Origin: a virus
IMG/VR virus record: IMGVR_UViG_3300045988_183942
Length of the DNA stretch: 53,299 nt
Direction: 5' to 3' (one strand)
Below, in pieces: positions 35,074 through 44,555 of the stretch (positions within the stretch are counted from its first letter, which is position 1; each line of letters starts with the position of its first letter). The translations under genes were made by a program, and so were the position numbers. The notes under the pieces were generated by a model that saw nothing but the letters and a program-made list of their open reading frames with translations, did no database searches and had not been told where the DNA came from.

Positions 35074-35325
35074 ATGTGTCCTGAAAAAATACAAGCTGAA
35101 ATTAAATCTCTCACACAAGTGATTAATGAACATGAACAGGAACATGGGCAAGACATAATCTATTATAGGTTATGTATTAAGAAGTGGAAGCTTTGCATTG
35201 AACATGCAAGGCTCACCGAAGACCCATGGAGGTTCAAAAGATATTTTGAACCTGATTACCTGAGAAAAATAACTCGTGCAGAAATAAGCATAGACTACAT
35301 CAATAGATGGAGTGATATAATATGA
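35074..35325 (+). CDS. Hypothetical protein
   Basis: GGAG RBS. Operonic. Confidence 0.5.
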   Translation: MCPEKIQAEIKSLTQVINEHEQEHGQDIIYYRLCIKKWKLCIEHARLTEDPWRFKRYFEPDYLRKITRAEISIDYINRWSDII

Positions 35326-35561
35326 GATTTTTCAACAACACTCCTAAACCTAAAACTCTTTACAAGAAAGAACCCTTTCATGTAAAGGTGAACAGGTGGT
35401 GTATGAGGAATTTTGGTTACATCCTATTATTCCTCACAATTTTATGCTTAATCACTTTTCTTATAATCTCTTTTAAGATTGTGGGTGGTTCTTGTTTAGA
35501 AAGTGGAAATTATTACAATCATATTCAGGAGTGTGTATTCATATGTTTAAGGTTAAATTAG
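35322..35561 (+). CDS. Small membrane protein (one TM)
   Basis: Hydrophobic segment YILLFLTILCLITFLIISFKIV. Confidence 0.45.
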   Translation: MRFFNNTPKPKTLYKKEPFHVKVNRWCMRNFGYILLFLTILCLITFLIISFKIVGGSCLESGNYYNHIQECVFICLRLN

Positions 35562-35809
35562 CTTTGAATATTGATGCTGAATTGAAGATGATTGTGAAAC
35601 AGCATTGCTGCCTTCATAACATTAACATGAGTGATTATATGTCCGAACTTATAGCAGAGCATTTTAATTTAAGGTTGAATCCGGATTATAGTTTGAATAT
35701 GGATTCTGCTAAAGAGTTGAGGATGAAGCAGATTGATGAAAGTATTAATCGATTGGAGGCTGAGAAAGCTCAGCTTCACAAAGAATTGTATGGAGATATA
35801 AAGATATGA
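35543..35809 (+). CDS. Ribbon-helix-helix (CopG/Arc-like) DNA-binding protein
   Basis: ATG at 35543. FKVKLALNIDAELKMIVKQHCCLHNINMSDYMSELIAEHF has the RHH pattern. Confidence 0.45.
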   Translation: MFKVKLALNIDAELKMIVKQHCCLHNINMSDYMSELIAEHFNLRLNPDYSLNMDSAKELRMKQIDESINRLEAEKAQLHKELYGDIKI

Positions 35810-36126
35810 AGTATTTTGGTAATGGATTTAGTGCGAGTATGCTTACAAATCCTAATATTAATATAAAAATGACAGCTTTAAGCAAAGAAGAATTGAAAAA
35901 TGAAATTAAAGGTGCGAAATCCTGTATAGGTCACCAAGACCTTGCAGAAGTATTGAGTAATGAGTTAGATTGTACTGTAGCTTATAATCGTACATCAATA
36001 GCATTAGGTGTTGATGATGTGTATTATTGGGCTTATTTAAATGGTGGTAGATTGCCTATAGGTGCAACAAGATTACCACAGAATGTTGATTTAAAATATG
36101 TTAAATTAGAATTCAAGGAGGCATAA
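35806..36126 (+). CDS. DUF1874/STIV B116-like protein
   Basis: NGFSASML ... SCIGHQDLAEVLS ... YNRTSIAL ... GGRLPIGAT fits the B116-family pattern (S.IGH..tA, nR..i.l, RLpeG). Confidence 0.55.
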   Translation: MKYFGNGFSASMLTNPNINIKMTALSKEELKNEIKGAKSCIGHQDLAEVLSNELDCTVAYNRTSIALGVDDVYYWAYLNGGRLPIGATRLPQNVDLKYVKLEFKEA

Positions 36127-36131
36127 TATTT

Positions 36132-36473
36132 ATGGCATTTGAAGAAGTAGAATTAGGACCTGCAGAAGTAGGGGAGTACTGGAATCCTGAAGAAGTAGGG
36201 GATTCAGTAGAAGGAAACATCTATGAATTCACTAATGACAATTATGGTAATAAAAGAATTGTCTTATACCTTGGTGAAGATGAAGATGGTGAACTTATAA
36301 CAACTACTTTACCGGCACATGTGCACCTTAAAAGGTTCTATGTGAATCTTAATGAAGGTGATTATATTAAAGTGGAGTTAACTAAATTGATTCCACCTAA
36401 AGACGGAGATAAATATCCTAAAAGGATTTATAAAGTCCTTAAAGATGTTGAACGTGGAGTTGAATGGGAATGA
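36132..36473 (+). CDS. Possible OB-fold ssDNA-binding protein
   Basis: GGAGG RBS. Beta-rich pattern with an acidic N-terminus. Weak call. Confidence 0.25.
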   Translation: MAFEEVELGPAEVGEYWNPEEVGDSVEGNIYEFTNDNYGNKRIVLYLGEDEDGELITTTLPAHVHLKRFYVNLNEGDYIKVELTKLIPPKDGDKYPKRIYKVLKDVERGVEWE

Positions 36474-37285
36474 ACAATGAAGAATTAGCAGTGGTGGAAT
36501 CCACTACTGCTCCATTACTTCAACAAGCAGATGTTGAAGGGACAGTAGCATTCTTTGATAATTATCAGGATTTAACAACTGCTTTACTTAGTGAAGATGA
36601 TTATCAAAATGCAGGTAATAAGAAATTTAAGAAAAAATCAGCTTGGCGGAAATATGGGACTGCATTTAATCTTAGTGATCATGTAGTTGAAAAAGAAATT
36701 ATTCGTGATGATAATGAAAGGATAATTTCTGCAAGATATGAAGTGGAAGCTGTAGCTCCTAATGGTCGTCGTGCTGTAGGTGTAGGTGCTTGCAGTATTT
36801 TTGATAAACTTAAAAGGGATGATACTGTGGAACCATCACCTTTTGAGCTTCGTAAAAGGTTCAGTAATGCGGAACATGATGTTATTAGTACTGCTCATAC
36901 TAGGGCTAAGAATCGTGCTATTGCTGATATTATTGGTACTGGTGAAGTTACTGCTGATGAAGTTGATGCTCAAAGCGAGAATGGTAAGAAGCATCGTAGA
37001 ACTCCTAAAAAACCATCAAGTAAACCTAAACCTAAAACTCCTAAAAATGAAGATGTTAGTGGTGATGTGATTGAAACAACAATTGTAACTGGAGACAAAC
37101 CTGCAAAGAAAAGTCTTCAAGAAATCAGCAAAGAAAATAATATTGTAGCTAAAGCAATCAAAGAATTGCAAGCTACTGAATCTCCAATAACATTTGATAA
37201 TGTGAAAAATAAATTAGTTGATTTATATGAACTTGAAAAAATCACTATTGGAGAATATCGAACTGCAAAAGAATTACTAGAATAA
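36464..37285 (+). CDS. Possible Rad52/Sak-like single-strand annealing protein with Lys/Pro-rich linker
   Basis: NGRRAVGVGACS ... STAHTRAKNRAIADIIGTGEV resembles annealase core motifs. Weak call. Confidence 0.25.
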   Translation: MGMNNEELAVVESTTAPLLQQADVEGTVAFFDNYQDLTTALLSEDDYQNAGNKKFKKKSAWRKYGTAFNLSDHVVEKEIIRDDNERIISARYEVEAVAPNGRRAVGVGACSIFDKLKRDDTVEPSPFELRKRFSNAEHDVISTAHTRAKNRAIADIIGTGEVTADEVDAQSENGKKHRRTPKKPSSKPKPKTPKNEDVSGDVIETTIVTGDKPAKKSLQEISKENNIVAKAIKELQATESPITFDNVKNKLVDLYELEKITIGEYRTAKELLE

Positions 37286-37302
37286 AGGATTTATGGGAAA
37301 AT

Positions 37303-39309
37303 ATGACTCAAGTAGAAGAAGGTTACAGGAATCTCACAGAAGATTCCTGTACAAGGATAATTAACAAATTAAAAACTCTTAAAAAAGAGTATCAGCCAAG
37401 AGAGCTTGATGAAGTAATATTACCTAATGTAGCTCAATGGTTATATGATGTTTATGTTGATAAAGAATCTACTTGTTTCATAATCAGCAGTACTACAAAT
37501 ATTAACAGATTACAAAAGACCATAGACGGCGTTTATGATGGAACTATTCCTCCATTACCTGCTAAATCAAAATTAATGGAATTCTTAAGTAACAAGGAAT
37601 TTGATGATTTAGTGTTTGCAATTGAACCTAAAAAACGTGAAGGTATAGTTAAAGGTGAAATAGATGATATTACTTCTGTTCTCATTAACTTTAAAACCAA
37701 ACAGGTTTATCAAAGTAAAGATAGTGGAAAGAAGGATATTCCTCCTCGTTTAACTCCTGTAATTGAAGCTGTTCCTAAACAATTAACAGTTTATGATGCA
37801 TTGCTGTTGGATCAACAAAGAACATTTAAGATTTTGTGGGAAAGTAATGTGACAAATCGTGTTTTTGCTACAAGTGGTGAATCTACAGGAGCAACTATTC
37901 AGGAGATAGAGCAGTACTTGGCGAATGCTGGTTTCAGCCATTCACCAAGATTACTTGGTGGTGCCTTATCATGTATGGTGAATACTATGATTAAAGAAGG
38001 TCTTGCAGAAATAAAACAGGATATTGATAATCCTGGTTTTTATTATGATGTTAACAAGGATAAAATTACAACAGTTAAAAAAGAAGTGAGTGAACCTACA
38101 TATGGGGAAATGGTTAAAGCAAAGGATACTTTAGAAGATTTAACTTATTTTTTTAAAGATAACTGTGAAACTTTAGCTACGGTTTTTAAATGGGGTTTAA
38201 TGAGTGAGTTTAGCTATTGTATGAAACAGGCTGGTAAATGGATGCCTTGGATGTATCTTAAAGGTGCTGCAGGGTCTGGTAAAACGACTCTTGCAAAAGT
38301 AGTTTCGTATATTTGGGGTGTTCCTACTCCGGAAAATAATTTTGGGGGTTCCAGTTTTGATACTGTAGCACGTTTAGGTGCTAAAATATCTCAATCCTGT
38401 GATCCTATCATAGTAAATGAACCTGCAGCAGTATTTAACAGGCATTCCACAAATGAGATGATTAAAGTTTGTGTAGAGTCAACTACTGCAAGAAGCAAAT
38501 ATAAAGGAAGTTATTTTGGTGGGATACCTGCATTTAGTGCAGTGTTATTCACAGCAAACCAATATTTGCCTGAGGATGATGCGTTAATCAGGAGATTGTA
38601 TGTGTTGAGTTTTAGTTATAGTCAAAGAAAGTCTGAGCATGAAAAAAAGATGTTTGAAGAAGCATTTCATATTAACACTCCAACGATAAGTCAATTGGTT
38701 AATTTGAATGTTTTTGGTAGGTTTGTTGCAAGGGAAATTATAAGTAATCCTGGTTTATTACTTGATGACTGGCAGGATACGGCTGACTTAATTGTAGGTA
38801 GATTTTATGATTCTATTGGTTGTGAAGTACCGTCTTGGTTAAAGAGTTGGGCTGAATCTGAAAATCTTGAGGATTTTGATGATACTCAAAGAGAAGATAT
38901 TCGTAATTTTTTTACTGATGTTTTTAATCAGGCTCGTAAAAAAGTACGGGTTTATGATGATTATGGTAATAATGGTGAATTAACTTTGGATATTGATGGA
39001 GCTAGTAGTAGTGATGATTTCAGTAGTGTTAATTGGGGTATTATTAATAATCGTATGGTTGATTGGGCTATTCCTCATATTAGTCGTAGAGGGTCTAAGT
39101 ATGTTTGTTTAACTCAAGGTTTAAGGAAAGCTATTAGTGAAAGGATTGACTTTTGTAGTGATTTGAAAAGTATTGGGGAGTTATTGGGTTGGGATTATAA
39201 GAATGTTAAGTTAAATGGTACTGGTAAGCAGATGAAGGTTGTTCAAGTTCGTTTTGATGATTTTATGGAGTTTTTATATCCTAATATTGAATTAGGGAGT
39301 GGGGAGTGA
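37303..39309 (+). CDS. Replication protein with C-terminal SF3 (D5/P4-type) helicase
   Basis: Walker A GAAGSGKTT, Walker B-like PIIVNEPA and motif C VLFTANQ. Iteron array lies immediately downstream. Confidence 0.6.
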   Translation: MTQVEEGYRNLTEDSCTRIINKLKTLKKEYQPRELDEVILPNVAQWLYDVYVDKESTCFIISSTTNINRLQKTIDGVYDGTIPPLPAKSKLMEFLSNKEFDDLVFAIEPKKREGIVKGEIDDITSVLINFKTKQVYQSKDSGKKDIPPRLTPVIEAVPKQLTVYDALLLDQQRTFKILWESNVTNRVFATSGESTGATIQEIEQYLANAGFSHSPRLLGGALSCMVNTMIKEGLAEIKQDIDNPGFYYDVNKDKITTVKKEVSEPTYGEMVKAKDTLEDLTYFFKDNCETLATVFKWGLMSEFSYCMKQAGKWMPWMYLKGAAGSGKTTLAKVVSYIWGVPTPENNFGGSSFDTVARLGAKISQSCDPIIVNEPAAVFNRHSTNEMIKVCVESTTARSKYKGSYFGGIPAFSAVLFTANQYLPEDDALIRRLYVLSFSYSQRKSEHEKKMFEEAFHINTPTISQLVNLNVFGRFVAREIISNPGLLLDDWQDTADLIVGRFYDSIGCEVPSWLKSWAESENLEDFDDTQREDIRNFFTDVFNQARKKVRVYDDYGNNGELTLDIDGASSSDDFSSVNWGIINNRMVDWAIPHISRRGSKYVCLTQGLRKAISERIDFCSDLKSIGELLGWDYKNVKLNGTGKQMKVVQVRFDDFMEFLYPNIELGSGE

Positions 39310-39319
39310 GGATTGTGTT

Positions 39320-39560
39320 TAAGGTTACTTCAAAGTTACTTTGGTTACTTTTAGGTGAAAGTAACTTCAAAAATTGTTTAAATGTCTTTGATTTTGATTT
39401 AAAGCATTATTTCGTGGTTATTTTATGGGGATTTCTAGAGTTACTTTCCTGGGGAGAGGGAGGCCCCTTCTTGAAATTTTTGAGTCAACCCCCATAGGTA
39501 ACCAAGTAACCAAGTAACTTTTGAAAAAATTGTAAAAGTAACTAAGTAACTGGGTAACTT
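39320..39560. repeat. Iteron array (GTTAC/GTAAC core) - candidate replication origin
   Basis: GTTAC at 39324, 39335, 39344 and 39440. Inverse GTAAC at 39361, 39498, 39506, 39514, 39538, 39546 and 39554 (8-nt phasing). G/C-rich ggggagagggaggcccc at 39451-39467. Confidence 0.6.
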
Positions 39561-39652
39561 AAGAGTATAATCAAAAACAAAGAACTGTAAGTCCTTGAAA
39601 ATATAAGTAAATATAATATAATTTATTATTATTAAAAAATAAGAAGGGAAAT

Positions 39653-39967
39653 ATGATGAATATAAATTATAATAAATGTTACTATTCTGCTGGAGCAAAT
39701 AAACCACATGCAACATGTACGCATAAAAATTACTGCATATTCAACAAAAACAGGATCACACTAGAAACACGAATACATCAACTAAAAAAACAACTAACTA
39801 ACACAGTAAATGACTATAATTTCATCAGAAATGAAGGAACAATCAATTCAAAAGATTATGAAACAATCACTAAAAAATTAGAAATATTACATAAAGATTA
39901 TGAGAAATTAAAGAAATTTGAAGAAAAAATAAAAGAAAATGGGGGAAATAATTATGGATACAAATAA
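39653..39967 (+). CDS. Hypothetical coiled-coil protein
   Basis: Operonic ORF of 104 aa. Confidence 0.45.
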   Translation: MMNINYNKCYYSAGANKPHATCTHKNYCIFNKNRITLETRIHQLKKQLTNTVNDYNFIRNEGTINSKDYETITKKLEILHKDYEKLKKFEEKIKENGGNNYGYK

Positions 39968-41585
39968 TAATGATATTCAGAAATATTGGTCCTTAAAAGA
40001 ATATGAACCAAGAACTGAACAAATACGAATCATAGAAGAAATAATTACTGCTATGGATTTAGGATTTAAAAATATTATCCTCGAAGCTGGAACAGGTATA
40101 GGAAAATCAGCAATAGCTACAACAATAGCTAACCTATGTGATAACTCCTATATTTTAACAATGACAAACCAATTACAAAAACAATACCTTGACGATTTTA
40201 ATTATATGCTTACAGAAATTAAAGGAAGAAGAAACTACACATGTAATCATGGAGGAACTTGTGAAGAATGCTACATGGAACAACTAAAAGAAAAAAAATG
40301 TAATGATTGCGAATACATATTAGCATTACGTGAAGCATTAACTAGTAAAAACATAATCACAAATTATGATTACATCTGGTTTGCAGGAAATTACACAGAA
40401 TTATTCTCAAAACGAGATTTACTAATCATGGATGAAGCACATAACCTCGAAAGCAAAATCATGGGATTAATAAGCAGAACATTAAACAGAAAATCAATAA
40501 TTAAAAATTATGGTTTTGATATATTTGACAAAATCATGAATAAAGAATTAAACTTAAAAGATCTCAAAGAAGAAAATTACTGGATAAATATTCTTGAAAA
40601 ATTAATAACTATTGAAAAAACATTCAAAAATAACACAACTGATGATCAAGAAATTAAAAAAATCGATAATAAAATACAAAATTATCAAACATTAATAAAC
40701 AGTCTTTCTTCAGAAGATGAAAGATGGATTATCGAATTACCATCTAAAAAACAAATCATCAGTGATAAAGATTTTAAAGCAGGATTAAAAGTAGAATTCA
40801 AACCTTTAACTGTTAATCAATATGCTGAAAACATATTCAGATTTGGTGAAACAAGATTATTCCTCACAGGAACATTAGGAAATAAAGATAAATTTTGTGA
40901 ATGGTTAGGTTTAGATGCAGATGATACTTTTTATATTTACCAAAAATCACCATTTTCAGTATCCAATCGCCCAATAATAAGAGATTATATTGGCAGTATG
41001 AGTGGAAGAGATAAAAATCATAAACCTAACTGGCGTAATCCTAAAGCAATCATGAAAATAAAAGAGATTGTAAGTAAACATGCTGGTCAAAAAGGTGTTA
41101 TTCATACATCAAGTAATGAACAAGCATGGTACCTTAAAAAAAATTTAGACAGTAAAAATGTTTGGGTAGTCGGAGGATCTACTCGTGAAGAAACATTAGC
41201 TGCTTTTGAAAAATCATATAAACCTATCACTCTTATTGGTGCAGGGATTAAAGATGGAGTGGATTTCAAAGGAGATAAATGCAGGTATCAAATTATTTTT
41301 AAAATGCCTTATCCAAGATTAGAAGGGCAAATTTTCACAAGAAATTATTGCGACCCTACATGGTATAAATATCAAACTATTATGCCATTAATGCAAGCAT
41401 ATGGTAGAGGTATAAGGGATTTGGAGGATTATTGTACTACTTATGTTATTGACTCTGATTTTGATCAACTCTTAAATAATTATAAATATCTCTTTAATGA
41501 GTATTTCCTTGAAGCAATTCATCCACCACTCGAAGATAAGGTTAAACGTAAACGAATCAAAAGAAATGAGGAAATAAAAATCTAA
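39954..41585 (+). CDS. XPD/Rad3/DinG-family SF2 helicase with Fe-S cluster cysteines
   Basis: EAGTGIGKS (motif I), MDEAHNL (motif II), and four Cys between them (CNHGGTCEEC...CNDC). Confidence 0.65.
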   Translation: MDTNNNDIQKYWSLKEYEPRTEQIRIIEEIITAMDLGFKNIILEAGTGIGKSAIATTIANLCDNSYILTMTNQLQKQYLDDFNYMLTEIKGRRNYTCNHGGTCEECYMEQLKEKKCNDCEYILALREALTSKNIITNYDYIWFAGNYTELFSKRDLLIMDEAHNLESKIMGLISRTLNRKSIIKNYGFDIFDKIMNKELNLKDLKEENYWINILEKLITIEKTFKNNTTDDQEIKKIDNKIQNYQTLINSLSSEDERWIIELPSKKQIISDKDFKAGLKVEFKPLTVNQYAENIFRFGETRLFLTGTLGNKDKFCEWLGLDADDTFYIYQKSPFSVSNRPIIRDYIGSMSGRDKNHKPNWRNPKAIMKIKEIVSKHAGQKGVIHTSSNEQAWYLKKNLDSKNVWVVGGSTREETLAAFEKSYKPITLIGAGIKDGVDFKGDKCRYQIIFKMPYPRLEGQIFTRNYCDPTWYKYQTIMPLMQAYGRGIRDLEDYCTTYVIDSDFDQLLNNYKYLFNEYFLEAIHPPLEDKVKRKRIKRNEEIKI

Positions 41586-41590
41586 AAAAC

Positions 41591-41782
41591 ATGGTGAATG
41601 ATGATGGGGGTAATTGTTATATGTGTTATGAAGATATGAGTGTTAATGAATTAAAAAGAAGAATAAAATTTATTAATACTCTTTTAAGACAACCAGGAAT
41701 GTATAGTCCAATTCATCGTGTTTGTGTAGCGGAACGTAAACAGTGTGAATATGAATTACAAAAAAGAGAAGATGATGGATGA
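41591..41782 (+). CDS. Small Cys-containing protein
   Basis: CYMC ... CVAERKQC. 63 aa. Confidence 0.4.
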   Translation: MVNDDGGNCYMCYEDMSVNELKRRIKFINTLLRQPGMYSPIHRVCVAERKQCEYELQKREDDG

Positions 41783-41788
41783 TTTAAG

Positions 41789-42031
41789 ATGAAGCCTAAT
41801 TTTCATATTGTTGAAGAAAATTATAATAGTGCTAAATCAAGGGCATTGTTTAATCAATTTAAGCAGGATTATTTAAATTGTTTAGATGTGTCTGTTAAAG
41901 AGCTTAAAAAAAAGTATGGTTTGAATAATTATCAAATAGGTCGATTTGTAAAGAGGATAATTGAAGAGGAAGGTGTTAAACGTCGTGGTGGTGGAGGGCA
42001 AAAATCAAGATTAGAACAGGTGAAACTATGA
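41789..42031 (+). CDS. Hypothetical protein (possible HTH)
   Basis: Operonic ORF. Confidence 0.4.
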   Translation: MKPNFHIVEENYNSAKSRALFNQFKQDYLNCLDVSVKELKKKYGLNNYQIGRFVKRIIEEEGVKRRGGGGQKSRLEQVKL

Positions 42032-42372
42032 GTATAAGTGAAGATTTGAGAAATAATCATGATTTAAGTATTGATGAAATCCTAAAACAACATAACACTA
42101 ACCTGAAACAAGTAATGAATGCACCAATAATAGGTCGTCCACGAAAGGAGGGTAAAGATAAGAAATTACTGCATATTTACAAACACTCGAGTGGTTCCTA
42201 TGAGATTTCTAAATATAGGAAGGGGAAGCATTATTATTTTGGAGTATATAAGTGTTTGGAGGATGCTATCATTGTTCGTGATGCTTTAAAAAGTGTTGAT
42301 TGGAATGTGGATTGTTTAGATGATTTTTTAAAAGTGTTGGGTGTTGAAAGAATCGTAAAAATGGTGGGATAA
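42028..42372 (+). CDS. Possible AP2-like DNA-binding protein
   Basis: YEISKYRKGKHYYFGVYKCLEDAIIVRDAL resembles an AP2/integrase-type DNA-binding domain. Confidence 0.3.
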   Translation: MSISEDLRNNHDLSIDEILKQHNTNLKQVMNAPIIGRPRKEGKDKKLLHIYKHSSGSYEISKYRKGKHYYFGVYKCLEDAIIVRDALKSVDWNVDCLDDFLKVLGVERIVKMVG

Positions 42373-42554
42373 TGAAAGAAGTATGGCATAAGGTATTGCG
42401 AGATAAGCATGAGAGTTTTAAATGGAGTTTACTTATAGATGCTGCAATTGAAACAGTGAGAAAGCATAAGCAAGATTATTTGTTAAGTAAGTGTGGGGTA
42501 GCGGAACCATCTCAAAGACAACCCACACGGAATAAAAAGGAGATCCAAAAATGA
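42372..42554 (+). CDS. Hypothetical protein
   Basis: Coupled ORF. Confidence 0.4.
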   Translation: MKEVWHKVLRDKHESFKWSLLIDAAIETVRKHKQDYLLSKCGVAEPSQRQPTRNKKEIQK

Positions 42555-42727
42555 GTTGTAATGATATACTTGAAAAATTAGAAAAAGAAGGAATAATATC
42601 TGCTGAAGGAGTAATTGATTCTTATCTGTTATGTAAACATGCTGAAGAATTATTTGGAAAATCATACCTAAAAGAACATAATATAGTGTTGGATGATGAT
42701 AAAAAAGAAGTGAGGATGATAAAATGA
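42551..42727 (+). CDS. Hypothetical protein, 58 aa (below the ORF-track cutoff)
   Basis: ATGA overlaps at both ends. Fills a gap in the operon. Confidence 0.45.
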   Translation: MSCNDILEKLEKEGIISAEGVIDSYLLCKHAEELFGKSYLKEHNIVLDDDKKEVRMIK

Positions 42728-43083
42728 ATGGTGAGGAATTAAAAAAAGCTTTAAAGAATGTTCCTGATGATTTCATTATTATAGGTACGGAAAATATATA
42801 CTATGAATTAAGATTAACTGAACTTGAAAATGCAATAGTAAAACTGGAAGCAGAACTAAGAAAATTGCAAAAATCCAGGACTGCTAATGAAAGGGAGTAT
42901 ACTCCGGAAATACGAGAAATACTAACATTTTTAGGAATAACACAAGCATCTTTAGAACTTACTTTAAGGGAACAAAAAAAGAATGGTATTAACTCTAAAT
43001 CGGTTAATAGAACAGAAGCTAAAATAGAAATAATAAACGAGATCATTGAAAAAATAAACCAAATTCAAAAAAGAAAGAGATAA
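42724..43083 (+). CDS. Hypothetical coiled-coil protein
   Basis: Operonic ORF. Confidence 0.45.
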   Translation: MNGEELKKALKNVPDDFIIIGTENIYYELRLTELENAIVKLEAELRKLQKSRTANEREYTPEIREILTFLGITQASLELTLREQKKNGINSKSVNRTEAKIEIINEIIEKINQIQKRKR

Positions 43084-43116
43084 ATTAGAAGATTATGATA
43101 ATGGGATGATTGAAAA

Positions 43117-43263
43117 ATGCCTGAAATTATATTAGAATTTGGGAAACTAATGTCTGTAACTGATACGGAAAACTGGGAAAAGATTCATCACATCGGTGAC
43201 AAAATTGCAGAAGAATTAAATTTGGAATATTTTGGATATTATAATGCAAAAGAGGAGTTATAA
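43117..43263 (+). CDS. Hypothetical 48-aa protein (below the ORF-track cutoff)
   Basis: ATG at 43117. Stop lies 1 nt before the next start. Confidence 0.3.
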   Translation: MPEIILEFGKLMSVTDTENWEKIHHIGDKIAEELNLEYFGYYNAKEEL

Positions 43264-43264
43264 T

Positions 43265-43513
43265 ATGAAAACTGTGCATTTAAACATACATGATGACCTG
43301 CATCAGTACCTCTTAAAAGTTAAGGAGGAAGCAGGTAAAACAGATTACAATATCACCATATCTGATATTATTCGTGCAAGTATAGTATACTTCCTCACAG
43401 ACATGAACGTGTATGGATATAATGAGAAACATGCATTACAGTTAATCAAAGCACAAAACAATTTATACAATGAACACATGTATAACGAGTTAGATGATTT
43501 ACCATTCAAATAA
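43265..43513 (+). CDS. Ribbon-helix-helix DNA-binding protein
   Basis: ATG at 43265 after AGAGGAG. MKTVHLNIHDDLHQYLLKVKEEAGKTDYNITISDIIRASIVYFL. Confidence 0.45.
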   Translation: MKTVHLNIHDDLHQYLLKVKEEAGKTDYNITISDIIRASIVYFLTDMNVYGYNEKHALQLIKAQNNLYNEHMYNELDDLPFK

Positions 43514-43533
43514 AAAAAGGAAGGATGATTTAT

Positions 43534-44190
43534 ATGGATGTGGTGATAGACTCAAGAGAACAAAAAAGAATAAAACTAGCAAAAGAATATTACACCAAAC
43601 AAGGACATGAAGTACAAGTAAAAGAACTCAAAACAGGCGACTACTTATTTGAAAACAAAGTAGTATTCGAATTCAAAACCATGCAGGACTTCATATCATC
43701 AATATTAAATGGAAGAGTATTTAATGAAGCTATAGAACAATGTTACAATTATAAATATCAATTCATAATAATACAGGGAAGCAACAGAGACAGACAACAA
43801 GCAATAAAAGAAACAAACAAACATCAAAAATTCCTAATAAACCAATACTATGGAGCAATAGCAAGATTAAACACATACAGTACAGTAATACAATCAACAG
43901 GAACTTTAAATGATGCATTCTTAATGATGGAAAAACAAACAGAAAAAATCTTAGATGATAAACCAATAACCAAAAAATTCGACACAAAATCACCTAACCC
44001 TGCATATAATGCATTATGTTACTGTCTCGATGATGTGCATGAAAAAAGAGCAAAAAACATAGTAAACACATTAAACCTCCAAACATGGAGTGATGTATAC
44101 CATTTAACATACACTGATTTGGTAAATGTACCTGGAATTGGTGAAATTCTAGCGAAACAAATTATAGGCCAAATAAACCAAATGGGATAA
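43534..44190 (+). CDS. ERCC4-type (XPF/Hef/Mus81-like) nuclease with C-terminal helix-hairpin-helix
   Basis: VVIDSREQ ... TGDYLF ... EFKTMQDFISSILNGRVFNE fits GDY..ERK..D, with Phe in place of Arg. C-terminal VPGIGEILAKQI. Confidence 0.65.
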   Translation: MDVVIDSREQKRIKLAKEYYTKQGHEVQVKELKTGDYLFENKVVFEFKTMQDFISSILNGRVFNEAIEQCYNYKYQFIIIQGSNRDRQQAIKETNKHQKFLINQYYGAIARLNTYSTVIQSTGTLNDAFLMMEKQTEKILDDKPITKKFDTKSPNPAYNALCYCLDDVHEKRAKNIVNTLNLQTWSDVYHLTYTDLVNVPGIGEILAKQIIGQINQMG

Positions 44191-44211
44191 AATAAATAAT
44201 TTAATATTTTT

Positions 44212-44514
44212 ATGAGAACCAAAACCATACTACTCAGAAAACACCCTGGAGGGCAATCAACATTTATCACAAGACGCTGCAAATGGTGTGGTAAAAAATT
44301 CTTCAAAAAACACAATCGCGAAACATACTGTAGCCCAAAATGCAAAAAATATGCTCACCAAGAACAAAAAGCAATATTCGCTAACAAATACCGGAGACAA
44401 TATCCTAAAAAAGAATGTTTAGGCACATCTGGATTAAGCAAACACCGAAGACAAGATTATCATCAAGAATATCAAGCAATCCAAAATGAGAAAAAAAGAC
44501 TCAAAATATCCTAA
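44212..44514 (+). CDS. Basic zinc-ribbon protein
   Basis: CKWCGKKF ... CSPKCKKY. Very Lys/Arg-rich. Confidence 0.45.
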   Translation: MRTKTILLRKHPGGQSTFITRRCKWCGKKFFKKHNRETYCSPKCKKYAHQEQKAIFANKYRRQYPKKECLGTSGLSKHRRQDYHQEYQAIQNEKKRLKIS

Positions 44515-44518
44515 AATA

Positions 44519-44547
44519 TTTCTAATTGTCTACGGTGATTAATGAAG
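44519..44547 (+). repeat. Second copy of the 23-nt repeat tttctaattgtctacggtgatta (+tgaag)
   Basis: Exact match to 40-62, then 64-68 after one mismatch. Confidence 0.9.
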
Positions 44548-44555
44548 GGGACTTT

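Noticed and set aside
39306-39716. ORFs 39306-39497 (+) and 39441-39716 (-)
   Set aside because: Both run through the iteron arrays and lack an RBS. Their repetitive peptide composition simply mirrors the DNA repeats.
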